DNA from: Eledone cirrhosa
Lineage: Eukaryota
DNA length: 64,000 nucleotides
Direction of reading: 5' to 3'
NCBI GenBank assembly: GCA_964016885.1
Contig: OZ024742.1
Location: 89,590,001-89,654,000 of the forward strand
Shown here: in pieces, positions 10,573-22,389 of the stretch
How positions within the stretch are numbered: the first letter of the stretch is position 1
Layout: each line of letters starts with the position of its first letter
Program-made: the position numbers and the translations under genes
Notes under the pieces: generated by a model
What the model saw: the letters and a program-made list of their open reading frames with translations, nothing else
Told to the model about the DNA's origin: nothing
Databases searched by the model: none

Positions 10573-11436
10573 TATATATATATGCATGCGTGTAAATGTG
10601 TATTTAGACTAGCATCTATTTGTGCGTATGTATATTTTTGGTTAGATATCAATTTAACTGTACATCTCTCTATATATATGCACTTTGTAATCTATGAAAT
10701 TTATCTGTTTTAACTATGCCAGGATGTATTTATCTGAGTTTGATTATTTATGCATTAACCTACCTGATAGTATTATAGAGCGTATCATATTCTATGTTAT
10801 ACTAAATGCAATTTACCACACAGTACTATATTGTGTTGGTTAAGTTGTATATAATCGCATTACTGTATTTCATTATCTTATTATAATTTTCATCTTTTAA
10901 TATACTATCTTTCCTAGCCATAACATTAATTTATATTCACCTTAAAACTCAATACAACACTAATCACCATTTATTTGACATTCCTTTTAAATTCACTATA
11001 CCAGATACATTCAACTATCAGTTTGACAATCCCTTTCCTCCTGATAGATGTTTATACCAAATCTACTATTAATACCCTTCAACGATTCCTTTCAAAGGGT
11101 CAGGACTTCAACTAAAGTATATTACTTTTCATATGAACACCATATGAAAAAAACAATTTGATTCGTTAGTTCTTCAACAGCCTCCAAATAAGGACATGAT
11201 ACTAACATACTACTAATTCTGAATAAAATCATTATTGAATAAAATTATTATTGCTTTTGAAACAGCTGACAATATGCAGGTAAGTAAATATTCTCTTTAT
11301 CTGATAGTTTGTAAATAACGTTACATAGATCAATTACTGAGTATAGCTACAATGAATTATCATCATCTAGAAACGATCGTAAAGCAGTGATGTATATCTC
11401 TATTGAGTCGATTTTTTATTTCATTGTTTTAACTTA

Positions 11437-11493
<57 letters not shown>

Positions 11494-11661
11494 TATATAT
11501 AAAATATAAAACGAAATATCAGCTATGCATCCGAAGGATCTATGGGGAAACACTACGCGATAGAGTGGTGTGTAGTTCGTATGTCACAGAGTCACTCAAG
11601 CTAGATCTAACACTTCTCCGAATATATGGTTAGAATGTCTTAGGAAAGAATCGTTGGGCAG

Positions 11662-12460
11662 ATTTATGGAAGTGGTTAAAAAGAGGAGACATTAAAAAAG
11701 CTACAGAAGGAATGCTAATGGCTGCGCAAGAGCAAGCCCTCAGAACGAATTGGGTGAAACACCATATTGACAAAGAGGAGACTAGCCCACTGTGTAGGAT
11801 CTATGTAGAGAGAGGGGAGACTGTGGCTCACATTGTATCCGAGTGTAAACACCTAGCCAAGACTCATTATAAAGGCTGGAGACATGATGTGATAGGCAGG
11901 GTGATCCACTGGCATCTATGCAAAGTAAACAATTTACCACATTCTGAGAAGTGGTATGAGCATAAGCCAGAGTCGGTGATAGAAAACGACCAGGTGAAGG
12001 TGCTATGGAACTTTAGGATACAGACGGACAAGAAATTAGAACAAAATAGGCCTGACCTGGTGGTTTTGGACAAGGAAAAAAGGATCGTGACATATTATAG
12101 ATGTAGCCTACCCATTTGACACGAGAGTGCATGAAAAGGAGAGGGAGAAAATTAACCAATACCAGGACTTAAAGTGGGAGGTAAAAATGATTTGGAACTG
12201 CCATGAAGTCAAAGTGATCCCGATTGTCATAGGCGCACTAGCGACAATCTCAAAATATTTCCAGGGATGGTTAAAGAAAATTGGCCCCTTCACACTTTTT
12301 GGAACGCTTCAAAAGGCATGCTTGCTGGGAACAGCAAGAACCCTCCGATACGTCCTGAATATCTGAGGCTGCAGGTAATGGCTTGATATTCATTTCAACA
12401 AACTTTCCATTTAACTAACATCAATTACTGAGACTCAAAGAGTAATAACAACAATAATAA
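11662..12460 (+). mobile_element. R4/Dong-like non-LTR retrotransposon, 3' fragment (CCHC finger + REL endonuclease)
   Basis: MAAQEQALRTN..CRI....ETVAHIVSEC..RHD..NRPDLVV..D...P.D..KE.EK..YQDL..PIVIGAL; (TAA)n tail; ~75 bp of 3' UTR tandemly duplicated (12384-12530). Confidence 0.88.
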
Positions 12461-12538
12461 TGATATTCATTTCAACAAACTTTCCAGTTAACTAACATCA
12501 ATGACAGAGACTCAAAGAACAATAATAATAATAATAAT

Positions 12539-15016
12539 GCTTTCTTTATTAACCACAAGGGTTTACATAAAGTAGACATTAAGGACAGTACAGGACAATA
12601 CAGGACGGTATAAATGGGCATTTCTGCGTGTAAAGAAAACAGAGGATGTAATAAAAAAAAATAACAATGAAAAATTCCCCAATAGGGAGGGGAGACTTCC
12701 GAGGGGCATTTGTGGAGAAAGCCCATTAAAAGGCCACAGTGACCCTGACCACCAGGGCAAGTGCCCTCTCCCAGTTTCCACCTTTAATTTACAGACACAT
12801 ACTCAGAGTAGGCCCATTCACTGGTGCCATACTTGCTTCTCTCACCCATCTTTCAACAAAATGCTGGGAAGAGAGCACTTCCCTCTCTACCCTGATTTTC
12901 CTTTTCAAATCAAATTTGAAAAAGTTAATCAGGGCATCACCGAAGAGGTAAGTGCTCGTCTTCAGCCTTTTCAAACGTGTCCACCATACTATCTCTTTCG
13001 CCATGGCCACCAGACAGATAAAAACTGCCTGCCCTTCCCGTCTAAAAGAAGAGGGCGGGGCAATCCTCACGATGGACTCAGCTGATAGCCGGATCCTTTC
13101 TACACGCGACAGCAGGTGTTCGACATAAACCCACAAGCCAGCAATTCTCGGACACTGGACGAGTGCGTGCAGGACGGTTTCGTCGCCCTGCGCGCATCTC
13201 GGACATGCCCGATTGACGGCACCTCCATGCCTGTAGAGTTTATCCCGAACTGACAAGGCTCCACGGTAGCACTGTCAGGCCAGGGATTTCTGGAAGCTGT
13301 CCATAGGCCCGGCCCGAAATTTCTTCCGAAGAGATTGGCTAGTTGATTTTGGTCGACGCCTAGAGTTCCCCAAGTACGTCACGCTCTTCCCCTCCACTAA
13401 TCCTCTATAGAAGGCCGATGTGGTGTTTCCACCGATCACATTGCCCGATTGGTCGAGGACTGTGAGCGCCTGAAGACATTCCAATCTGCAAGCGCTCCCT
13501 CTTGGTCTTCGCTTGACCCAGGACTGCAGCCCCGCAAGGAGACGAGCTGGAGAAAGACGTGTCTAGCAAACGGAGACCACACCTGATCACCGTCGAGGAA
13601 GAGGTGGAGATGTCGTAGCCTGAGCGCGTGTCTGCGCATCATCAGCCAACGGCATGCTCAGCCCTCCACGTAGCGGGTGTTGACAGCAGATGGACCGCCT
13701 GACCATCGGAGCGCGTCCCTTCCTCAAAAAGCGAAAGAGCTAACGCTCCAGCGCAGTTAGGCGGGGCTTAGGACAAGGTACGACGGTCAGGCGGTAGTAG
13801 ATGACGGACGCGATGTACGCGTTAGCCACCTCCGCTCGACCTTTCAGGGATAGCTTCCTCTCCGCCTATTTCTGGGTGAAAGAAGCCACCCTGCTCGTCA
13901 CCTCGTCCCAGTTTTTGTACGATTATCTTGGTGTTGGCTTCGATGCCGGCGAGGACGGCAGCTATTAGCCAGGGAATTTCGATGGCTGGTGGAACGTTGG
14001 TCACCCAGATCTTCACGAGTCTCTGGCCGCAATAGCTTGGGACGAGTGCGAAGTCGTCACTTCTTAATGGGGACATGGAGTGTTCTCTGGCATCCTGTGG
14101 TGTTTCAAAGAACACGTCCATGGTTCCATATTTCTGCCCACGTCTGACGTGGGGTTTCTTTGCTCACACATGTCCCAAAGCTTTTTGGATTTAGGACTCG
14201 GATGCCCGTTCCACTCGGCGCGAGTTTCTGCTAATCGTCCGGTGGATAGGCGCCGATGCCCCATTTTATTAGGTGTGGGGGGGGGGGGGGAGGCTGAACC
14301 TGTACCCATCTTTCTTTACCATTTTTTTGGCTTCTTCTATTTCCTCCTGAGTTACCTGGAATGCTTCGCACTGTTTTGCTACTCTGGCAAAACTCAGGGT
14401 GGTTTTCTTAATTTCATTGTTGCTGTTGGTGTTATCGTTATTTTTGTTATTGTTAATTTTAGTTTCAGTTGTGGTAGTGGTGGTGGCGTCAGTGGTGTTC
14501 GGTGTGGAAGATTTCATTTTGGTTGAATTCATTTCGATATCACGAGTTCATTTATTTTTTTCTTTTGTTTCTGTTGTCGCGGTGGTGGTGGGGGTCGTGG
14601 TTGACGCGGTGGTGGTGGGGGTGGCGGCTTTAACACCTGCAGTCATTGGTAATGGCGGGAAATGAATGTCTGCCTGAGACAAATTTAAAATATTGCTACT
14701 GCTTAATATTTTTAGTGTTGGCAAACGTAGTAATATTTACAATGGTGGTGTCGGTGTGAAGTGTTAGTTTGTGAGGAAGGAGTGACCCTGAGTCGTCCAT
14801 GATTTTTCAAATAAAAATTTTTGTTTGATAATTATAAAAGTTTAAATTTTCGGCTCAAGGCCCCAATCTTTTTGGGTGTCCTTTTCAGATATCAATGTAT
14901 GTGCACTTATATACAGTTAACAATAAAAAATTTTCCATAAATGGCAATTTTAAACAACTGAAAATAACAAACCATTGCGGAGCTCACGTTGATATGATTT
15001 ACTACGTAGGTCGCCA
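12539..15016 (-). mobile_element. L1/Tx1-type LINE copy A, both termini present, ~3.4-kb internal deletion
   Basis: Termini match copy C. The junction at ~13918 joins ORF1 (equivalent to ~21245 in copy C) to post-RT ORF2 (equivalent to ~17828). Flanked by (AAT)n on both sides. Confidence 0.9.
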
Positions 15017-15051
15017 ATAATAATAAAATAATAATAATAATAATAATAATG

Positions 15052-16223
15052 ATGATTTCTTTATTGGCCTCAAGGGCTGACATCAAGGATATCATTACAG
15101 GCGGCACAGGACGGTACAGGATGGTACGATGTGAGTTTTGTGATTGTAGATATTTTTATTATTTATATAAGAAAAGAAAAAAAAGGACATAAAACGTATA
15201 TATATATATAAACAATAAAAATGAAAATTGAAACAATGAAAAATTCCCCAATAGGGGGGAAACCTCCGAGGGTTACTCGTGGCGAAAACCACACAAAAGA
15301 CCACGGCCACCCTGACCACCAGGGTAAGCGCCCTCTCTCAATTTTTCCATTCCTCAAACTACAAGCGTATATTCAGAGCGGTCCCGTTCACTGGGACCAT
15401 TCTCGCTACATTCACCCACCTTTCAACAAACTTGCTAGAAGACAGCACTTGCCCCTCCACCCTGATTTTCCTCTTCAAGTGAAACTTGAAAAGTTAATCA
15501 GGGATTCGCCGAAGAGGAAAGTGTCTGTCTTTATCCCTTTCAACCTTGTCCACCACAAATCTCTTTCGCCATGGCCACCAGGCTGATAAAAACCGCCTGC
15601 CCTTCCTCCTCGAAGGAAGACGGCGAGACTATCTGCACAATGGACTCAGTCGATAACCGGATCGTTCCTACACGCGACAGCACGACGGTTTCGTCCATCT
15701 GCGCGCATCTCGGACAGGCTCGGCTGACGGCACTTCCGTGTCTTTAGAGCTTATCTCGAACCGGCAACGCTCCCCGGTAGCATTACCAGGCCAGGAATTT
15801 CTGGAAGTTATTCATAGGACCTGGGCTGAAAGTTCTCCGGAAGAGAGCAAACAGCTGATTTTCTTCGACGCCCAGGGTCTCTCCGAGAACGTCGACGCTC
15901 TTCCCCTCCACTAGTCCTCTATAGAACGCCGAGGTGGATGTTCCACCGATACTGATGCCCAGCTGGCAGAGGGCAGTGAGCGCCTGGAGACATTCCAGTT
16001 TCCAAGCGCTATCCCTCGGTCTTTTCCTGACCCAGGACTGCAGTTACGTCTAGTAGACGAGCTGTGGGAAAACGTGCCTGGCGAACGGCGACGACACCTG
16101 TTCACCGTCAAGGAAGCACAAGAGATGTCGCAGCCTCAACGCATCTTTGCGCATCATCAGCCATGGCATGCCCAGTCCTCCACGCAACGGGTGTTGGCAG
16201 CAGATGGATCGTCTGACCACGGG
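15052..16223 (-). mobile_element. L1/Tx1-type LINE copy B, 5'-truncated, diverged subfamily
   Basis: Homologous to the ORF2 3' end and 3' UTR of copies A/C but visibly more diverged; (AAT)n at both ends. Confidence 0.85.
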
Positions 16224-16227
16224 ACAA

Positions 16228-16424
16228 TAATAATAATTGTTTCTACTTTTGGCACAAGGCCAGCAATTATCCCAATGTATTACTGGTACTTTATTTAATC
16301 GACACAGTAAGGATGAAAGGCAAAGTTAACCTCGGCGGGATTTGAACTCAGATCATAAAGGGCCGTAACTCTAAGCTGCAAAGCATGGCGTCCGACTCTC
16401 TACCGATACTGCCAATCCACCGCC
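16228..16424 (-). mobile_element. tRNA-derived SINE
   Basis: Same family as 1700-1882; full head GGGCGGTGGATTGGCAGTATCGG; flanked by (AAT)n. Confidence 0.92.
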
Positions 16425-16695
16425 CAATAAATAATAATAATAATAATAATGTTTTCTTTATTAACCACAAGGGTTCACATAAAGTAGACATTAAGGACAG
16501 TACAGGACAATACAGGACGGTACAAATGGGCGTTTCTGCGTGTAAAAAAAAACAGAGGTTGAAATAAAATAACAAAGAAAAATTCCCCAATAGGGGGGAG
16601 ACTTCCAAGGGACATTTGTGGAGAAAGCCCATTAAAAGACCACAGTGGCCCTGACCACCAGGGCAAGTGCCCTCTCCCAGTTTTCCACCTTTAAT

Positions 16696-19600
16696 TTACA
16701 GACACATACTCAGAGAAGGCCCATTCATTCGGGCCATACTTGCTTCTCTCACCCATCTTTCAACAAAATGCTGGGAAGAGAGCACTTCCCTCTCTACCCT
16801 GATTTTCCTTTTCAAATGAAATTTGAAAAAGTTAATCAGGTCATCACCGAAGAGGTAAGTGCTCGTCTTCAGCCCTTTCAAACGTGTCCACCATACTATC
16901 TCTTTCGCCATGGCCACCAGACAGATAAAAACTGCCTGCCCTTCCAGGCTAAAGGAAGGGGGCGGGGCAATCCTCACGATGGACTCAGCTGATAGCTGGA
17001 TCCGTCCTACACGTGACAGCAGGTGTTCGACATAAACCCACAAGTCAGCAATGCTCGGACACTGGACGAGTGCGTGCAGGACGGTTTCGTCGCCCTGCGC
17101 GCATCTCGGACATGCCCGGCTGACGGCACCTCCATGCCTGTAGAGTTTATCCCGAACTGGCAAAGCTCCTCGGTAGCACTGCAAGGCCAGGGATTTCTGG
17201 AAGTTGTCCATAGGCCCCGGCCCGAAAGTCCTTCCGAAGAGATTGGCTAGTTGATTTTCGTCGACGCCTAGAGTTTCTCCAAGTACGTCGTCGCTCTTCC
17301 CCTCCACTAATCCCCTATAGAACGCCAAGGTGGAGTTTCCACCGATCACATTGCCCGATTGGTCGAGGGCTGTGAGCGCCTGAAGACATTCCAGTCTCCA
17401 AGCGCTCCCTCTCGGTCTTCGCTTGACCCAGGACTGCAGCTCCGTCAAGGAGACGAGCTGGGGAAAAACGCGTCTTGCAAACGGCGACCACACCTGATCA
17501 CCGTCGAGGAAGAGGTGGAGATGTCGTAGCCTGAGCGCGTGTCTGCGCATCATCAGCCACGGCATGCCCAGCCCTCCACGTAGCGGGTGTTGACAGCAGA
17601 TGGACCGCCTGACCATCGGAGCGCGTCCCTTCCACAAGAAGCGAAAGAGCAAACGCTCCAGCGCAGTCAGGCGGGGCTTAGGACAAGGTACGACGGTCAG
17701 GCGGTAGTAGATGACGGATGCGATGTACGCATTCGCCACCTCCGCTTGACCTTTCAGGGATAGCTTCCTCTCGGCCCATTTCTGGGTGAGAGAAGCCACC
17801 CTGCTCGTCACCTCGTCCCAGTTTTTGTCCGTCTGGAGGTCTGGACCGAACTAGACCCCTAGCAATTTAACCGGTCCGTCCGTCCAGCGCCCGACGACGC
17901 TGTTGGACGGCATGGACCTGCCTCTCCAGGTGCCGAGCTGCAGGCCCACTGACTTTTCCTGGTTGATCATTGCTCCTGTCACCGCTTCGTATTCTCTTAG
18001 TGTAGTGCCGATCGCCTCGATGTGTTTGGCGTTCGACACCACTACGGTGACATCGTCGGCATATGCTGACACGGATCTTCCGCATCCTAGTTCGCGCGGG
18101 ACCCCCCTCAACGTCTCCAGTTTGTGCAGTAATGGCTCGAGAGTCAATACGTACAATAGGGACGAGAGGGGACATCCTTGGCGGACCGAGCGCATGATGT
18201 TGAACGGTTCCGAAAGGTGACCGTTCACTCTCACTACAGAGCAGATGTCGCTGTGCATGGCAGCGATCCAGCCTCTGAAGACGGGCCCAAAGCCAGCCGC
18301 CCTCAGGACTGCCGCTAGGTAACGATGGTCGACCCTATCGAAGGCTTTCGACTGATCTAAATTGATCAAAGACCCACCCGTGCCAGGTTCCCTAGCTACC
18401 CTCTCTACGATGTATCGCATGAGGTGGAGGTTGTCGTGGATGGATCTGTCGGGAATGGCGCATGTCTGTGCCTCTCCCACCAGACCACCAACGACAAGCG
18501 CCAACCTCTTTGCTAGCACCTTGGCCAAAATCTTGAACTCTGTGTTTAGCAGAGTTATGGGCCTAAAATTATCTATGTTATCCCCCTTGTTCGGATCCTT
18601 TCTCAGCAGCGCCACCGCTCCTCGGCTCACAGAGCTGGGAATTCTCCCGTTCTGTTGCCAGTTGCAGTAGACGTCCGCCAAGAGGCCTCCGAACAAGTTT
18701 GGCATTTGTACGTAAAGTTCATAGGGCAGACCATCCAAACCAGGCGATTTACCCCTTGTGCAACTAGTCATTGCATCCCGTACTTCAGCGGTTGTTATCG
18801 GCTTTTCGCAACACTCCGCCTCAGTGGCCGAAACCGCGGCAGTCCGTCGAGGTAGACACTAAAGTCCATCCCTCGATCCGGCCCGCCACTGCCCCCGAAC
18901 AGTTGAGCGAAGTGTCGCTGAAAAGCTTCACACATTTGCCCGGGATCGAGTAGCATGCGCCCGTCGTGGTCCACCAAAGACCGGATCGTGGCTTTGTTGC
19001 CACGACGCGCCTCCGCCACTCGGGCCCATTGAACGGCTTTCGTCCCCTCGTGTCTGAGAGCACGCACCCTAGCTCTGACAACGCAGCCTTCGTGCTTTGC
19101 ATTGAAGAATTGGTCAAGGGCCAATTTCGCCGCAAGTACGTCGGTCGCGATGCCTTTGCTAAGCGCCTCATCTAATTTTCTAACTAATTCTCCCTCTGCT
19201 CTATTTTTCTCTATTGCTAAAGTCTTACTAAACCTAATGGACTCTATTCTAATTGCTCTTTTCAGAGCAAACCACCACTTGTTGTTGACGATGGCCCCCG
19301 TCAACACCCGCTTAACTAGTTCGCTAATCCGGTCTCTGTAGGCCTTGCGCGCTGGTAAGGACGCGTTTAACTTCCAGTAGCCGGGTCCTCGTCTATGAAG
19401 CCTATCTAAGTCAAGCACACAGATCACGAATTTGTGGTCCGTGTAGCTGACTATCTTGAATTGTGGACAGCCTATGCTAGACCTATCTATTTCCCTACAA
19501 AATACTATATCTAGATATGATCTGGATGACCCTATGCGATTTGTCCAAGTCCACATTGGTGCATTCGGGAAATCCATTCGGTACCTGCCAGACAGTTCAA

Positions 19601-20114
19601 AACGTCTGAGCAGGTTGGTGAGACTCTTGCACCCTCCTTCCCTATCCACTAATCCCACACAATCCCAGCGTGCATCTAAGATCCCGTTCCAGTCGCCCAC
19701 TAACACTAAAGAGCGGGACGTTCCAAGAAAGGTCTCCAGACGCCGGAAGAAATCAGGCCGCCCTGCTCCTGTCGGGGCATAGACGGCCACTAACCTGAAA
19801 GCTTGCCCGTCTCCGCTGGTCACGTCCAGCACCACCAACTTACCTTCTGGGTCCAGGAAGATGGCCCGTATGGCAAGATCCAAACCTCTCCGAAAAAGCA
19901 CAGCAACTCCTCCCCCCGATCCCGGACGGCTGGGAGATGCGTACACATCGTAGCCGCCGAAGATCGGTGCGAAAGCCTGTGCTTCGGAGATTCTGGTCTC
20001 GCTGATGGCCACTACATCTATGTTTAGTGACCTGAGGTCGTTGAGCAGGTGGCCCTGCTTCCATGACGACCCCAAGCCACGCGCATTTATGCTGCCTATT
20101 CTGATTGAGGTCAT
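16696..20114 (-). pseudogene. Tx1 ORF2: AP-endonuclease + RT + C-terminal zinc finger; one frameshift (~18800-18850) and one nonsense codon (17851)
   Basis: SINARGL, ISETR, VYAP, GDWN, SYLD, YTDH; KSPGLDG, FRPITLLN, DQSKAFD, VRQGCPLS, YADD; CPRC...HALVQC. Confidence 0.95.
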
Positions 20115-20148
20115 GTTGAAAAGGAGTGGAAAAGATGGGAAAGACCAC

Positions 20149-21597
20149 TTACCTTACTTCTCGTAGGGGAAGGACGGCTTTTCCATCCTTTTCACTGCTT
20201 GTGGCCTCCTCAGGAAGGATGTCCTTATAAATCCTCCTGGAGAGTGCTTGTCGGAAGTCTCCGATGTCTTTGGGGAATTTTTGTTTTAGTGTCATGTACG
20301 TTTTCTGTGTGATGCGAGTGATTTGTATGTGTGGAGGTGGTGTGAATTTTGGGGTTGTTGTGTAGTCTTTTTCTGTGATGCTGGTGTTGTGTTGGATGTA
20401 GTGTAATAATTGCTTGTTGTTCAAAATTAATGCTGTGTAGTGTGTATCGTTTTGGTTGTTTTGTTTTGTTTGCGTTTGTTGTGGGTTTGTTTCTGTTTCG
20501 CATTTTGGTGAGTTTTGTGGTGTAGGTGATGGTGGTGCTGGGGATAATGATGGTGATGGTGTTGGTGTTTGGGTTGATGGGGTTGGTGATGCTGGTGTGG
20601 ATGGTGGCATATCTGTCCTAACTTTTTTGTTTCTTAGTTTATTTGTTTCCCTCTGTATTTTGTTTTTGGAGGGGGAAGGAAGAGAATTTTTTCTTTTTTG
20701 GTTTCTTTTTTTTTTTCCGGATATCGTTTCCCACTCCTCGTCGTCACAATCTGTCTCCAGTTGTGATAGGCCGGGGAGTGGAAAATCCTCCACAGCCGTT
20801 AGGTTTGGTTGTGGTGTGGTGGATGGTGTAGGCGCTGGTGCTAGTTCTGAAGCGTTGGGTGGTGGTGGTGTTGGTTTTGTTGGTGGTGGTAGTGGTGTTG
20901 GTTTTGCTACTGTTGCTGGGGTTGTTGCTGTTATAGTTGCTTCTGTTGTTGCTGCTACAGTTGTTGCTACCATCTCTGCTACTGGTGGTGTTGATGGTTG
21001 TGTCACTGGGGTGGGTAGGAGAGGTGGCCTCAACCTTTTAGCCTGAGGGCAGAAAGCCCTTAGGTGGGTTCCTTCACCACAAACGACACACCTAGGTCTT
21101 CTGCCCTCGACAATTACCGTGAGGTGGCTGCCGTCAGTGAGGTCTATTACCTCTGGGATCTCCTCAATGCTTTTTTGGTCCGCTTGGATCAGGAGCTCCA
21201 TCCCAGATCCGGACCAGTTTTCCTGCTTTTCTTTTGCTACTGCTATTATTTTCGTGTTGGCTTCGATGCCGGCGAGGACAGCCGCTATTAGCCAGGGAAT
21301 TTCGATGGCCGGTGGAACGTGGGTCACCCTGATCTTTACGAGTCTCTGGCCACAATAGCTTGGGACGAGTGTGAGGTCGTCACTTTTTAATGGGGCCATG
21401 GAGTGTTCTCTAGCCTCCTCTGGTGTTTCAAAGAACACATCCACGGTTCCATACTTTTGCCCACGTCTGATGTGGGTTTTTCTTGCCCACACATGTCCCA
21501 AAGCTTTTTGGATTTGGGACTCGGATGCCCGTTCCACTCGGCGCGATTTTACATTTATTGTTCTATACGACACGGTGCACAGGCGCCGATGCTCCAT
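20149..21597 (-). CDS. Tx1 ORF1 (nucleic-acid-binding, CCHC zinc knuckle, Pro/Thr-rich linker)
   Basis: 482-aa open frame; CVVCGEGTHLRAFC; EEWETISGKKKR motif; ends 34 nt before the ORF2 ATG. Confidence 0.9.
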   Translation of the reverse strand: MEHRRLCTVSYRTINVKSRRVERASESQIQKALGHVWARKTHIRRGQKYGTVDVFFETPEEAREHSMAPLKSDDLTLVPSYCGQRLVKIRVTHVPPAIEIPWLIAAVLAGIEANTKIIAVAKEKQENWSGSGMELLIQADQKSIEEIPEVIDLTDGSHLTVIVEGRRPRCVVCGEGTHLRAFCPQAKRLRPPLLPTPVTQPSTPPVAEMVATTVAATTEATITATTPATVAKPTPLPPPTKPTPPPPNASELAPAPTPSTTPQPNLTAVEDFPLPGLSQLETDCDDEEWETISGKKKRNQKRKNSLPSPSKNKIQRETNKLRNKKVRTDMPPSTPASPTPSTQTPTPSPSLSPAPPSPTPQNSPKCETETNPQQTQTKQNNQNDTHYTALILNNKQLLHYIQHNTSITEKDYTTTPKFTPPPHIQITRITQKTYMTLKQKFPKDIGDFRQALSRRIYKDILPEEATSSEKDGKAVLPLREVR

Positions 21598-21601
21598 TTT
21601 A

Positions 21602-22135
21602 TTAGGTGGGGTGGGGGGGGAGGCTTACCCTGTACCCATCTTTCTTTACCATTTGTTTGGCATTTTCTAAATCTTCTTGAGTTACCGTGAACGCTTCGAA
21701 TTGTTTTGCTACGATGGCGAAACTGAGGGTCGGTTTTATAATGTCATTGTTGTTGTTGCTATCGTTAATATTAATTTTAGTTTCAGTTGTGGTGGTGACG
21801 TCAGTCGTCTTTGGTGGGGAAGAGTCCATTTTGCTTGATTTCATTTCGACATCACGAGTTAATTTATTTTTTTCTTCTTTTGTTTCTGTTGTCGCGGTGG
21901 TGGTGGTGGTGGTGGTGGTTGTCGCGGTGGTGGTGGTGGTGGAGGCTTTAACACCTGCAGTCATTGGTAATGGCGGGAAATGAATGTCTGCCTGAGACAA
22001 ATTTAAAATATTGCTACTGCTTATATTTTTTTTTGTGTTGGCAAACGTAGTAACATTTACAATGGTGGTGTCGGTGTGAGGTGTTATTTTGTGAGGAAGG
22101 CTTTCAGCTGCTTCGTGCAGAGGTGAAGTAGCCAT
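21602..22135 (-). CDS. Tx1 upstream ORF (177 aa, Thr/Asn-rich): separate ORF0 or frameshifted ORF1 N-terminus
   Basis: ATG at 22135 in AAAAAAATGG context; ends ACC TAA TAA, overlapping the context of the ORF1 ATG; same arrangement in copy A. Confidence 0.6.
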   Translation of the reverse strand: MATSPLHEAAESLPHKITPHTDTTIVNVTTFANTKKNISSSNILNLSQADIHFPPLPMTAGVKASTTTTTATTTTTTTTTATTETKEEKNKLTRDVEMKSSKMDSSPPKTTDVTTTTETKININDSNNNNDIIKPTLSFAIVAKQFEAFTVTQEDLENAKQMVKKDGYRVSLPPHPT

Positions 22136-22344
22136 TTTTTTTCAAAGAAATTTTTTGATAATAATAAAAGTTAAAATTTTGGGCACAAGGCCCCAATCTT
22201 TTTAGGTGTCCTTTTCGGAAAACAATGTATGTGGGCTTATAAACAGTTAACAATAAAATTTTCCATAAATGGCAATTTTTAAACAAACGGAAATAACAAA
22301 CCTTTGCGGAGCTCACGATAATACGATTTCCTACGTAGGTCGCC

Positions 22345-22388
<44 letters not shown>

Positions 22389-22389
<1 letters not shown>

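Larger units (their letters stand above)
4441..11439 (+). mobile_element. 5'-truncated PLE (Hydra-clade-like) with inverted ~300-bp pseudo-LTRs, interrupted by a nested PLE
   Basis: 4441-4744 is the reverse complement of 11136-11439. GIY-YIG remnant at 4769-5619; 3' UTR resumes after the nested element (~10590-11135). The pLTR contains GAAAcgatcgTA (hammerhead-like stem III) and a CAG|GTAAGT donor-like site at ~11277. Confidence 0.8.
16449..22344 (-). mobile_element. Full-length L1/Tx1-type LINE copy C (~5.9 kb)
   Basis: 5' end GGCGACCTACGTAG after (ATT)n; upstream ORF, ORF1 with zinc knuckle, ORF2 APE-RT-zinc finger; AATAAA then (ATT)n at the 3' end. Confidence 0.95.
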
